This document shows positions 27,790-40,798 of a stretch of DNA of 64,000 bases, in pieces (position 1 is the stretch's first letter; each line of letters begins with the position of its first letter). The notes beneath the pieces were generated by a model, which saw only the letters and a list, made by a program, of their open reading frames with translations, had not been told where the DNA came from and did not search any database. The stretch is from Intoshia linei (Eukaryota; Animalia; Orthonectida), in contig LWCA01000015.1 in assembly GCA_001642005.1 (NCBI GenBank), positions 1-64,000 of the forward strand, written 5' to 3'. The translations under genes and the position numbers were made by a program.

Positions 27790-29197
27790 TTATTTTTCAC
27801 TTTCGAAAAAAACTTGACGTGTATCTAAACTTGCTAAATCAAGTAATGCAATGCTTTTTGTATTATAAAATGGTGGTATGGAAATTAATTTTAAATTGGG
27901 AACGTGTTTAGAGAATCTAGATGCGAAAAAAGGTTGATTACCAGCAAAATATACATTGGGAAGGGTTTGAATAATAAATGCATCCTGACAAACAGGTATA
28001 GATTCTAGAGAATCTGGAGATCCAGGTGATAAATGGCCATATAGCAAATGTTTGTCCATGGCATTTAAAATATTTTCATGGGTAATATATTGATCTGAAT
28101 CATAACTATCGGCAGTGTGAGCTAATGTATCATATACGTTTTCTCCCGATGTACCCATAAACCTAACTTGTTGTTCACTTTCGAGATTAAACTGGCAAGG
28201 GTTAGACAACATTGAATTTGTATTTAATTTGGAAACATGTGGCATAACCGAACTATTAATAGGTCTTTGCGGAAAAACAGAGTCACTAATGTCATTAATT
28301 CCAGGCATAATGTAAATAGGTTTCATAGTACCCAAATAAGAGAGAAAATAGTCACAATTGTGGGAATGTTCCAGTAATTGGGTAGTTCTTATACTAGTAT
28401 TAAAATTGATATTTGTTATTAAATTTCCGGCAACAACTATTCCAACAATATTAGATTCTGAACGTAACATAAATAAGCCTAAAAATAATATAGCTGAATA
28501 ATAAACATAAAACTCATTAAATCCATAGCTATTTGGTCAAATTTATCGGATCCAAATGCAAGTCCACTAACAAATGCAAGATATTTTCTATTTGGTTTAA
28601 TGGGAATGTGAGTTATTTCACAAACGGAGTTTCTAAATATAAATTGTTTGACATCAAATTTTCCATTGCTATTTTTTCTTCCAACCACACCCACCACTAC
28701 CCCGTTGATTAAATTAAGAATGTCAGATTCAGAAGCATTTAAAGATATTCGTTGTGTACAATCTTCCAAAGATAAAGAATCAGATTCATGTATCACTGAA
28801 GCTTGAAAAGAAATTTTATCTTTTTTAACTAATATTATATTAATTAAAATTGAAAATGAAATGTACCTGGACCAAAAAGATGGTCAAAAATTAAATCATT
28901 TTTATTAAACTTTTGACCCGACATTTCTAGTTCCATAAATATGTCTTTTAATACACTAGGATTCAACGTCATGTGTTTGCAAATGATACCAAGCGTCACA
29001 CACTCATTCTCAATTTCCAATTCATCCAATAGTTTAATTTCGATTGATGGAAACATTATCTTGCAATTTTCTTCAATTTTTCGCCTCATTGTATCAATCC
29101 TAGCATTATAAATGGCATAAAACTGAGGGGCTCTCTCATTGTCATGAATCATAAACTGACCGCATTCATTTGTAAATGCATATTCAACTGTGTCCAT
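27790..29197 (-). CDS. POLD2: DNA polymerase delta small (B) subunit, 3 exons
   Basis: QFYAIYNAR, SDSLSLEDCTQRI, YLAFVSGL, IVVAGN, IMPGINDI..FPQRP, SNPC, GTSGENV, HLSPGSPDSL, PNVYFAGNQ and IPPF. Confidence 0.95.
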
Positions 29198-29272
29198 ATT
29201 TTGAAGTAAACCTAACTTTAAAATTTGCGATTGACAACATTGATATTTTAATTATATTTCAATATTTTAACA
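29198..29272. promoter_or_regulatory. Putative 75-bp bidirectional promoter between POLD2 and CTDP1
   Basis: Divergent ATGs at 29197 (-) and 29273 (+). Confidence 0.6.
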
Positions 29273-31533
29273 ATGGATAAAAATTTTCAAAATGTATATG
29301 CAAAATACACCGAAAAGGCGGACGTGAAAAAGTTTTCGGAAGAATCAGGTAAAAATGGTCAATTAGATATGGTTATAATTTTCCTAGGATGGAAAATACA
29401 ATCAATAACTAAGTATATGGGCTATTTCAAAAAGGGGCGAACAATAGCTACTGCAATAAACACTAAATGCGATAAAAAATTTCTAAACATTGAATCTCCA
29501 AAAAATTGCATCATTACCAAAATGTTAAAAAAAAATGGCGATTCTTATTCTCTTCTGTAAACACATTATTGACCTAAATTTAAAAACGTTTTAGAGAAGA
29601 TATCGCAATCATGAAAGAATGTCCGCATGAAATTGTCGTTAATGATTTATGTGCCACCTGCGGTATTGACATGTCAAAGTAGTTTTTTTTTTCTAGTTTA
29701 TATTATGTAGTAGGTACAACGATAACATGATTTCCATGATTCACGACAACCCGCGTATTAAATTTGCAGAAAAGGTAAACAGTCGATAACATTATTAGTT
29801 GGTTTTAGTACGCTGAACAAGTAGCTACCAAGGAGAAAAATATTTTGTTAAAGGACAAAAAACTCATTTTACTGTTAGATTTAGATCAAACCATCATTCA
29901 CACTACAAATTTAAAAATGTCTACAAATTTAAAAATGTCTACAAATATGCAAGTCTTTTGATTTATAAATTTTTGTATGCCTGATATTTAGGGAATTTAT
30001 AGATTTTCAATGAAATCACCCAACGAAAGTTTTTATAGAAAATATTACACAAAGTTGCGATATGGACTTGATCCATTTTTAAAAATGCTGCACCAATATT
30101 ATCAACTTCATATTTGGACCTTTGGTACTCGTAACTATGCTAGCCATATAGTAAAATTTATCGACCCACAAGGAACGTATTTTTCAGATCGCATACTTTC
30201 GCGAGACGAACTCGTTAACCAGGAATCGAAATCGGATAATTTAAAGTATATCACATTTATATAAGTCATCAAATGTGGGAATATTTATATCATTCATGAA
30301 AAATAAAAAATCGTTTGTTTTAGGCGGCCAGCTAATACAGAGGTTTGGAAGCATATACTTTTCGAAGGCCGCACTAACGTCTCAAAAACATTTAATCAAA
30401 TACAGCTGTGCTTCTCATGGGGGTGAATACGAAAATTTTAGATGAATGGGGGTGAATTATAAATTTTTAGCATTTTTTATTCAATTTAGTAAAATCTGAT
30501 GAGAAAAAACCTAATTTTACCAACCCCTAAGGGAAAATACCGGTTTTACCAATATTTTTCTGAAAAATCTCATTTCACTAAAAAATAATATAAATAAAAT
30601 AATTTTAAATGAAAAATAATTCAAACCCACCTCTGAGCTAATACATTCGATAAGTGTAACTTACGGTACATTTTATTTTATAGGCTATTGTTTCCTTCCG
30701 GTTACGAACTAGTTGTTATTGTGGATGATGTTTCTAACATTTGGAATGAATCGCCCAATTTACTCAAGGCTCTACCTTTCACCTTTTTCAAAGATGATTC
30801 TCAGACAACTAACCAAGAAATTGCCAATTTTACTGAAAATAATAATTCAAATGGGCATGACGGCTTAAAATATTACCCATTGAAAAAATACTATTTACCT
30901 TCATTGACTCAGACTTTAGTAAAAATTCACAATTTATATTTCAAGGAAAGAGGAAAATACAAAAAAATTCTCAATGTAGCCGACTGTATCAAATTATATA
31001 GAAAATCAATGTTAAAGGGTATGACATTTTTAATTGCGTACCATTTTGAAGAATGTAACATTATTGAACAATTTTATGTATATAAATGGATAATTAGTTT
31101 AGGTGGAACTGTTTCAAAACTAGTTAACGACAAAATAACCCATATAATAATACCAATACTCCAAAAAGATAAATTTTTAAATCGAGACATGTTACAGTCG
31201 GCAGTAACACATAATAAAAATGGAGGTAAAATAAGCATTATCTCTGAAAAATGGATATCTCTGTGTTACATGTTCAATATTATCGTCGAAAACGAAAATG
31301 TTACCGATTTATTTCCCACTGTGCCAGATTACATGCAAGATTATAGTAAAATTGAAACCAAACGAAACGTCAACAATACAAAAAAATGCTCTCAAAATCC
31401 AGTCCAAATAAAAAAACAAAAAAACAACTCTAACCATGAAACAGTGGATAAGAATTCTACTTTTGAAAGCGAATATGACAAATACGAAAGAGAAATGATG
31501 GAGTATCTTAGTTCTACTGACGAAGAAGATTAA
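29273..31533 (+). CDS. CTDP1: RNA polymerase II CTD phosphatase FCP1, multi-exon
   Basis: ECPHEIVVNDLCATCGID, catalytic LLLDLDQTIIHT, IWTFGTRNYA, YFSDRILSRDE, VIVDD..W, a C-terminal BRCT domain (LGGTV..ITHII..EKWI) and an acidic tail. Confidence 0.93.
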
Positions 31534-31581
31534 CTCATTGTAAATATGTAAATTTTAATAAATTTATTAAAAATTTTTAAT

Positions 31582-32316
31582 TTAACCTAATCGTCTACCT
31601 CCTCCGGTAAAATATTGGTTGTTTTGATTGTGTTGATTAAATCTAGTAAAGATTTGTTGGAAAATGTCTGGATAAGGTAGATATGTATTTGGTGATGTAA
31701 CACCCATTGAATTTACAGATTTATAATTTGTCGGGAAAATAACTGCCAAACAGTAATATAAATGTCCGCTAAGAATTGCCAATATATCTGAAACAATATT
31801 TCCACCGCCAATAACCAGATTCAATCCCATCAGAACAAATGGAAAGTACATGGCTTTGAATTTTACACCAAACCAAAACGTGACAATAATATTTGCATTG
31901 TATTTTGACCAAATGTAAATCATTGCCATTATCAATGAAGGACATGTAATTAACGGGTTTCCTATTAATAGAGCCAATGTTGTAATAATTATCCAATTGA
32001 AAAATAACAAGTAAAAATATTGATCCGGGCGACTATCTGGAAATATTTTTTCGCATTGGGTTGAATAGGTATATAAAAAATACATGTTTAACAAGAATGA
32101 AAATCCACTCACGGGTAAAAACAATGCCGAAGTCAAAAACCTCCATATCTCGAAATCTTTGTATATCGAATCCCAGTACAAAACTAAAGTGTAAGGATTG
32201 ATGATTCCAAATCTAGTCATCAAAGACAAACCAAGTACACTGAAAACAAAGTATCTTGTTACGGGCGGTATGAAAGATAAATCAAAACCTCCAGCCTCTT
32301 CGTTTCGTCTGTTCAT
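31582..32316 (-). CDS. DERL1: Derlin (Derlin-1-like ERAD rhomboid pseudoprotease), intronless
   Basis: IPPVTRY, FEIWRFLT, FLLNMYFLYTYS, VTFWFGVKFKAMYFPFVL, GHLYY and a C-terminal SHP box FTGGGRRLG. Confidence 0.93.
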   Translation of the reverse strand: MNRRNEEAGGFDLSFIPPVTRYFVFSVLGLSLMTRFGIINPYTLVLYWDSIYKDFEIWRFLTSALFLPVSGFSFLLNMYFLYTYSTQCEKIFPDSRPDQYFYLLFFNWIIITTLALLIGNPLITCPSLIMAMIYIWSKYNANIIVTFWFGVKFKAMYFPFVLMGLNLVIGGGNIVSDILAILSGHLYYCLAVIFPTNYKSVNSMGVTSPNTYLPYPDIFQQIFTRFNQHNQNNQYFTGGGRRLG

Positions 32317-32490
32317 TTTATAGAAATTATTCAAAATAAATTTATTTAAACTAAATTGTTTGGTAACGTTGGATCTTTTGTACTCGCAGTTTGTTCGTCT
32401 ACAATTATGGAAATTATTTACAATTGTTAATTTACTATTCTAAATATCAATATCTCCCTATTCTATAGCCAAATTTTAACGATTTTACTG

Positions 32491-33094
32491 CAAGGATTAT
32501 CGATTCAAATAGTTTATGTACCCCATTTCAAAATATTTATTTTTTTTGATCTCGAAACCTGAAATATAAAAAAATTAAAGAATTTTATATCATAAGATTT
32601 GGTAAAATCGTGTTTTAAAAAAAATATTGGAAAAAGGGGATTTTTCCATTCAGGGTTAATAAAATAAAATTTTTATTTTGGGTTTTGGATTAGGAAATTG
32701 TAGCTCATAATATTTGGTGAAATCGTATTTTTTAAAAAAATATTGTAAAAAGAGGATTTTTCCATTAAACTTTTGTAAAATTAGATTTTTATTTAGGGGT
32801 TTGATTGATAAGTAGATTTTTCAAAAATTATCGATAAAAATGGTTTTTCCCTGAGAATTTGAAATGGTATTTTTTATTAAATTTTATTAATAGTTGGATA
32901 AAATTGGGATTTTTGAAATAATAATGTAACGGTATTATAGTATTTGGGATAAATTCCCAACATTTGGCAACTCTGTATAAATATTAAAAATTCTCCTATA
33001 AAAATAAAGAAAAGTTGATAAATTTTTTTTAATATTTTATTGAAATCTCACATAGCCCAGGTATATAGTTTTGGATCCCAATCGGGAACCACTG
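32491..33094 (+). mobile_element. hAT MITE with internal 29-33-bp repeat array
   Basis: Runs caaggattatcgatt ... aatcgggaaccactg. The 8-bp TSD is ttttactg/gtttactg. Confidence 0.8.
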
Positions 33095-33262
33095 GTTTAC
33101 TGGCATTATCAACAAAAAATAGATAGGCGTTTTATATTATTTCTATTTTACCAAATTTGAAAACGAGTTTTTGTAAAACGAATAAAATTATCAAAAAAGT
33201 CGCATTTAAAAAATTTAAATAATTTTATGAGTTGATTGCAAATTACAATCCATAGTCTGAAT

Positions 33263-33434
33263 CAATGGTTCTAAACTTTTTATTAAAGTTGTTCTTAAAC
33301 TTTAAAATTGTATTTTTTGTAGAAAAATTAAAATCATAACTCAACAAGTAAATACATAAGGCTTAGACCATCTCATCATCAAAAATTTAAAATGTACCCC
33401 AAGGTTGTGAATACCCCCAGTTTGAGAACCACTG
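33263..33434. mobile_element. Small hAT/Charlie-type MITE
   Basis: TIRs caatggttctaaact and agtttgagaaccactg. Confidence 0.65.
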
Positions 33435-33469
33435 CTCTAACCAACAGTTATTAAGAACATTTGACAATA

Positions 33470-36400
33470 TTATGCACCTTCTTTACATTGCTCTGACTTC
33501 TTTGGATCGAGTTTAATGGTTGAATCTATTTTCAAAAACTTCAAAACCTGTCCTGTATCTGGAGTAGATCCACCCAAGTCTTCAATATTGCTCATTGACA
33601 ATGGAGTGGTATTGAAGTTATCATTAAAGTATGCCATTTTATCAGATACAAATTTTAGTTTCTAAATAAAATTGATTTTAAAAGTTTTGGTATGTTATAT
33701 TTTACTAAACCTCCTGATTTAATTCAATTTTTTCCTTATTGAGCAAGTTTCTATCTTGTAAAAATTCTTCATATTGTTCTTTAAAAACTTGTCTTTTAAT
33801 ACTCATTTCTTTATTAATATTTTCATCTTTTCCTTGTTCTCTCAAATTCTAAAAAATTTAATAAATTATAATTTATAATATATTATTATATTTTCATTAC
33901 ACTCGTAACGGCTGTGGTCGTCACGTTTTTTTAGGCTAAGTCCATCAACATAAAAAGGTTCCAAGAAAAAATTATATTTAATTGTAAAAGACACCGAATA
34001 TTATACTACCTCAAAAACCTGTTGTAAAAAAATCAAAGAATCTCGCGCCACCCTTTTTACAAACACTCATTACATGGGTAATTCATTTTATTAATTAATA
34101 CTTCAATTATATTTTCTTGTTCCTTAATTACCCCTACAGCTTCAAACCTCCATTGTTTTTCATTTTCTCCGGATACTGCCATTTCTTCAGTAGTTTCACA
34201 CAGTTCTTTTAATTCTAATTTAAAATTTAACGATCAAGTTAAGTTTTGAATCATAACTTCTATTTTTTTAAAGCGTAAGTTTAAAATGGTTAAATTAATA
34301 CAATTTTTAATTAGTGATAGTGTATTTTATATTAAACAAATTATTTTTTTTCATCACTACTTTTAAATGAGATCATTTAAAGAATGACAGAGCCACGTCA
34401 CCATCACCTCACCGAGCTGATCTAACTGACCCTTTGTGAAACTTCATATAGGTCGTTTTGAAATTTTCCCAATGTTTATATTATGCTATATATGTTCTGT
34501 ATTAAATACGTTGTATTTATTAATAATTATAACAAATACTTATATAATTATAGTCCTAAGGAATTATATGAATTTGGGAAAAAAAAAAAGTTTTCGAAAA
34601 GAAAATAATAAGATAACCGATTATTTTAATATACTAATAATATAATGTAGATTAAATTATTTTTCATCACATATTATGTAAAAACTAAGATGTAATTGTC
34701 TTGTCTCAATATTCCTGTATTTCTCAAATTTTCAATTCTATTAATACTTTTTTTAATACTAAAAGCCTGTTTCTAAATAAATGATTATTTTTTTGATGTA
34801 TCTCAAAAACGAATTATCAACTTTCTGATTAAATACTATCATTGTTCAATTAATTTAATAGATAACAGAATTGTATCACCACCCTCAGTTTTTAGGGCAC
34901 TTTTCAAAAAAGTGCCCCAAAACCGAGATATACTGTATAATATAAATACTATATTGGAAAATATGAGGCCCAATTTACATAACATTTCTCAGAGCTCCCG
35001 AGGAGGTGTCTCAGGTACAGTAGTTTCGGCTCTGTTACACTATGAGGATAAGTAGCCCTATGCAGCCTATTAAAAATTGTTATTTTCAATATAAATGTAC
35101 ACCTGTCTTGCATGTCAAGAAAAATATGCAATATTTTGAAATAAAAATTACCACTAAATCATTTATAATAATATTTATTCCTCGTTAATTACAAATGATA
35201 TATTTTAAAGCAATCCATGCATAAGAATATATCGCATTTTATTGCTGTTAGATGATGTTTTATTCCGTTACTAACACATTTTCGACATCTACCTCTTTTT
35301 TTGGAGTTGATTGGATAGTGGTGTTGGAGCTTATCATACATTTCTTGGTCATCTTCTTTATCTTCCTCAAATTCAACTATAATCTCGGATTCTATACAAT
35401 TAATTAGCTAAAAATATAGCATTCGCCAATACAGTGCCTACTTTCCTCCTACACACTATATTAATCTTTTTCCATCTACCCTAATACCACCTAAAATCAC
35501 ATTTTACTGATTATTTTTAATATTTCTACTTGTATACACGTTGATAAGAATTCTGTTTTTTAGTTCTTTGTACGTATACTATTCGTTTTGTAAATAATTC
35601 AAATCAGCTTTCATGTTTCAAGTCAAGATCAACTTCAAGTTTCACATTATTAACTTTATAGTGGTTTTTAATGGGAATGTGTAGGGTGCCAAAGACTTAT
35701 GTCGCGCACTGTATATACGTTATTAATTTCATGTGAAAAACAATAAAATACTCGTTCGTTTCAAAAGCATTAAAGCCTTATTAAACTAATAACTGTTCTG
35801 TTTTGTAAAATTCCAGAATCAACGCATTAGTAGTGAAATGCAGTGCTTGTAAATACTCTTTTGAAAAATATTTATTAGATGTATTATAATATTATTAATA
35901 ATGCATTATTTTTAATAACAATACTTATATTCTTAGTCAGAATTAGTAAGAATGTCAAATTTTAAAAGGTTGCTAATAACATATTACGTTTGCTATAAAT
36001 CGCTCATTTTGTTGATACCCACCTACCACCGTTTTCTCGACCATATAGTAGATGTTACCGCTGGATTACACTTAGCGTTTAAGTATTTTATATAAACATA
36101 CATTTATACACATATTGTACGATAAAAGAGCAAATAATTCATAAAATCACCTTTCTCGTAAGTCATACAAGCTCGAACATTATTTACATCCTCAATTAAA
36201 GATTCAAAGCAACTCTTTTTTTTAAAGCTACTTGGTAGGTGTATATCTAGAATATAAAATTCATACATAACGTAACTTAAAACATATATAAAATCAATAA
36301 AAAAATTATAATCAAAAATTTCCAAAATATTGAACCGCAACATTTAATAAAAATATATATTGTAAAGTAAAATTATCTACCATATAATCTATCGAGTTTT

Positions 36401-39068
36401 TATTGGTCCCTCAGAATATTTAATGAATTACATGAAAATTTTTTTATAATTAACTTTGCCAAAATTTTTATTATTCACACGTAATATTCAAAAATTATTG
36501 AATCGTAATTTAATTATTAATTACAATTTAATATTTGATTTTTAAAATTAGATAAAAAACAAAATTACTATTTTTTGCGACAATTTGCATTTTTTGTACC
36601 TTTTCTTCATTAAGCTAAAAAATGTACATTGAAAATGAATCAATCAAACCTCATTATTTGATTTAATTCTTTTTATAAGATGTGAAAGAGATTTTAATAA
36701 ATTTTCATAGTCTTCCTTAAATTTACAATTTTCTGACATGTGAGCATTACATTTATTTTCTAAAGATTCAATAAGGTTCAGATAGAAAATGTTTTCATTG
36801 TCAGCAATAGAACTAAAAAGATGTAATTAATAAAGTCTCTAATTTATACTAAAATTTGAATAAACATAAAATTACCTAATCATTTCATCCTTAGACTTTC
36901 CAGTAGTACTCCAACGAGCTCTAGTATGGTCCCTGTTTCCACCGACAAATGAAGAAATTTGAATTATACTTTTAGTGTGTCTTACTATTTACAATATTTA
37001 TAAATATATGTTAATATTTTAATAAAATAGATATTTAAGCAAAAATATTAAATATTACCACCGTTCAAATTTTTTACACTTTTTGGGGACATTAAAATCC
37101 TGATACGCTCTTTTAAATAATCTACTTCTATTTCATTTTTCTTTTTATCACGTTTGAAAACATTCTCTTTAAAAAGTATTCGACTTTGTGATGCATTATT
37201 CTATAATTTCAATTTTTGTTAAACAATAGAAAATTTATACCGGCCCAATATTATCAATGAGCTGAATTGCGGTCTCAAGGGACCTGGAAATTTTAAATAG
37301 TTTGTACATATGACGTCCATTCTCTAGAGCAATGATTCTCGATTCAAATAGTGTACGAACCCATTTCAAAATATATATTTTTTTGGACCCAAAGAAAACA
37401 TTAAATATATAACATTTATAAAAAAATTAAAGGTTTTTTCTCATAAAATAATTCAGATCTCTTTTAACTATATCGTGTTTTTCAAAAAAATATTGGAAAG
37501 AGGTGATTTTTCCCTTAAGTTAGGTTGGTAAAATTGTATTTTTTATTTTGGGGTTTGGATTAAGGAGTTATTGCTCATAAGATTTGAAAAATCAATAAAA
37601 AAAACAATTTTTCCCTGAGGGTTTTAAATGGTATTTTTTATTAAATTTTATAGTGGCATGATTTAAATAGTAATAAGCGGTCGCCTAGACCCTAAACTCT
37701 AGGGTTTAGGGTAATTCACAACATCTGGCAACTCCGTAATAAATATTCAAAATTTTAAAATGAAACAAGTTGATAAATTTTCTCGTCCCAAAATTATCTT
37801 TAAAATCTTTAAAATTTGTATAAATAATCAATATCATTAATTAGCAAAATCTATAATTATGTCGCTCTAAGATGTATCGCTCAAATGAATGTTAGCCGTA
37901 CATATTTTTGAATGGAAATACGAGAAATACAGTATCAAAATAAATTACTTCGTCTTTCACTTTTTTTATTTTTGAAAGTATATTTTTATTTTTTAATATT
38001 AATTGTCTATTAGTTTCTTCCAGTAAATGGTATTTTTTATCTAAGGTTTCAAAGTTGGATTTTAATCGGTTTTGGTTGGCGATTGCATTGGTTCTATCAC
38101 TCTGAATTCTTGATATTCTAAAAATTAAAATTTAATTTAATGAAATTAATAACATTGTAATGTTAATTAAGAGATTTGACAGATTAGTTGCTGTCAGTCT
38201 GTAAAATATAGATTTTAAACGGATATCAGTAATTTTTACAGTATTTAGAGCAATCAAAGTTTGAATTTAGAATTTAACGGTAAACCTTTCATTCAAAATT
38301 AAAATAAAGTTTATGAAATTCCCAAAAGTTAACCCAACCAAAGATATTCTATTGTTTGGTTAAAAATAATCCATAAGCTCCTCGAGATTTAGTTAAACCC
38401 AAAATATAATTAAAAAAATAACTAAACTAGAAATTCAAGGTGGATGAGAACCGAGAAATGTCGAGTGGCATAGGGTTGCAAAATGTTTTCGTCGTACAGC
38501 TCGCAAAACAAATTTGTAAATACATTTTATTTATATAAATATAACTAAACATTACACTCCAAAATATAGAAATAAAATTTTAAGTGGTTCGAATATCCCT
38601 CAATAATGTCAAAAATATTATGGAGCCAGGAGTCCATACGGGTTCCATCAAATTGGTGACTCCTGATCAAGAAAAAGTTAATATGTTGATCTTTTTATTG
38701 CCCTTGGTTTATAAATTACTTATTCAATTGTTCATCGTAAATTTTGTTATTGTTCATAAACATTTGCAACACTTTATCGAGAACATTTAGCAAACTTTTC
38801 AGCTTTATAACTAATTCATCTTTCTCTTCTTCGATAATTGAAGTAAACCCATATGATATGAGATTCTAAATTTTAATTGTAACAAAAATTTGAATGAATT
38901 TAAATGAAATGAAAACTAATAAATATTATCAAAATCAAAATTAAATTAAATCACAAAACAAATGAATACATAAATATTTAAAAATGAACTTACACTATTA
39001 ATGTTCCCAATAAAAGCTTTTATACTAAACTCGTCAGAATCTTGGATAGATTTGAGAAAAAAAGTCAT
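33470..39068 (-). CDS. SSX2IP: Afadin- and alpha-actinin-binding protein (SSX2IP/ADIP/Msd1) homolog, ~11 exons, missed by the ORF track
   Basis: Spliced exons: MTFFLK..NINS|NLISYGFTSI.., coiled coil, KRDKRKNEIEVDYLKERI, FVGGNRDHTRARWSTTGKSKDEM and RQVFKEQYEEFLQDR..ELNQEKLKFVSDK. The order parallels SSX2IP motifs (GFPS, KRKEREYNKLKERL, GKRGSWRT, FKEQKKNFERER). Confidence 0.75.
35189..35711 (-). mobile_element. Composite transposase remnant: Tc1 TIR + DDE fragments joined to a piggyBac cysteine-rich C-terminal domain
   Basis: TA-cagtgcgcgacataagtctttggcaccc (Tc1 TIR); HES*FELFTKRIVYVQR and VILGGIRVDGKRLI (Tc1-like); then HHYPINSKKRGRCRKC..KCDIFLCMDCFKIYHL* (piggyBac CRD). Confidence 0.7.
37311..37900. 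mobile_element. MITE (family also at 40315-40692) interrupted by a truncated 29-bp-repeat hAT MITE
   Basis: Ends tgacgtccattctctagag and tcgctcaaatgaatgttag match the inverted ends of 40315-40692. The inner segment starts caatgattctcgattcaaatagt. Confidence 0.6.
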
Positions 39069-39238
39069 ACAAAATACAAAATTTCAAAAAATATGACACA
39101 ATAGCGAAATTTTTAAGTTTATTTAAAATGAAAGGCCATTATCATTATCTATGGATAACAAAATTAAAAATTATAAAAAGTTGAAATTCAAAAATTTATA
39201 AAATTTGTTGAATTGCGTTAAATTTAAATTTGAATTTT

Positions 39239-40795
39239 ATGTATTGTGAAAAATCATTTACTCTTTCAAAAGAATTAAAAAATCAGCACTACCTAGAAAA
39301 ACACAAAATTTATAATTATAATGTATTATTTTTTTTATAAAATATAGTAAAATTTCATTTATAGGCAAAACTTGTTAAGGAAATTTTACAGGAAATGCAC
39401 CAATTATTTTCCGACAATCAAAAGGATGTGTAATTTTTTTATTTTGACCAAATTATCTTTTTAGAAATATTAGCCAAACTAGTCAAGATGTTTCTGTATT
39501 TTCTGCAGTTTCTTTGAGGTTTTTTTTTGTAATTTAACGATTTATTTTTTTAGACATTCCGCTTTGGATCATAATCGGAGGACGTTGATTATTTATGTGT
39601 ATATTGATTTTTAAGTTTAGTTTTTTAGATTAAATATATTTTTAGTTTGGAAAGATTAAAACGTATTAAACATGTACGGTGGAAATATGGTTCTTTGTTA
39701 CCTTCAAAATATAAATCTATTTTAACAGAAAAAGAGGTATTATAATTTATAATACATATTTTTATTTTATATACGTATAGTATACTCGTATTGGTGTTGA
39801 TTTATAAACCAATTTAAATTTTGAATATCATTTCACATCATGTTCAAAAGTTTTTCCACCATTTACGAACCAACAAATTGAATAAATTGACATGTGAATA
39901 AAATTTTTTTCCGAGTTGGAGAATATATAATCTTTAAAATAATTTATTATTAGCTGAAATTTCACAAAGATTATAATTTGGCTTTATCTGAATGTATGGA
40001 ATCTTTTGGCAGTGGCGGAATTGATTTAAACCAAGACATGCAAGCTCCATCAAGCCTATTTGTCGAGGTTAGTCATTGCATGTATATAGTTTTTCCTAAT
40101 GACCATTGAAGGTTTTTGTTTTAATTGATATGTCGGTTAGTGTGCCAGATAAATGACTCATAAAATTTTAATGAAAACCATTGATTCATTTTCAATCGAC
40201 GCCCTCGATGATTTGATTGTATTTCAACATTTTAGGTTGTATGTTTAAAAAACTACGGAACCTTTCAATCTAGTTTTGGTGAAGTAAATTTAACTGAAAA
40301 TAGCAAGGTAAATGCAAACATTCATTTGAGCGACATACGTTTAAGCAATACATCTTAGAGGGACATAATCATCGATTTTATTAATTAATCATATTTTTTG
40401 TTGTTTGTATTTTAAAATTTTATGGCATCTTCAAAATATTTAAAAATTGGGTAAAAAAAACTTCTTTTAAAAACCTTACAAAACTTTGGTCCCAAAATTA
40501 TCTTCAAAATTTTTAAAAATAATAGAAAAAAATATTTCCTTTAAAAACCCTTAAAATTATGAATATAAGAATAGAAATAAAGAAACACTAAAATTTCGTA
40601 TAAAAATCAATATGATAAATTAGTAAAATCGATGATTATATTGTTCAACAATACATCGCTTAAACGAATGTCACTCCAGAGAATGGACGTCAGGTAAATA
40701 AATATAAATGTGCTCATTTTAAAATATAGCACTACCTGTTACTCTCCGATGTGGAACCCTTGATACACAAAGGAATATTGAAACATATAATATAA
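39239..40795 (+). CDS. GINS1: GINS complex subunit Psf1, 7 exons, missed by the ORF track
   Basis: MYCEKS, EILQEMHQLFSDNQKDV, RHSALDHNRR, ERLKRIKHVRWKYGSLLP, GIDLNQDMQAPSSLFVEVVCLKNYG and EPLIHKGILKHI*. Confidence 0.93.
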
Positions 40796-40798
40796 AAT

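Noticed and set aside
34360-34390. TGAGATCATTT, a bantam-miRNA-like seed
   Set aside because: Only a short local palindrome (tttaaatga-ga-tcatttaaa), with no pre-miRNA-length hairpin or upstream star arm.
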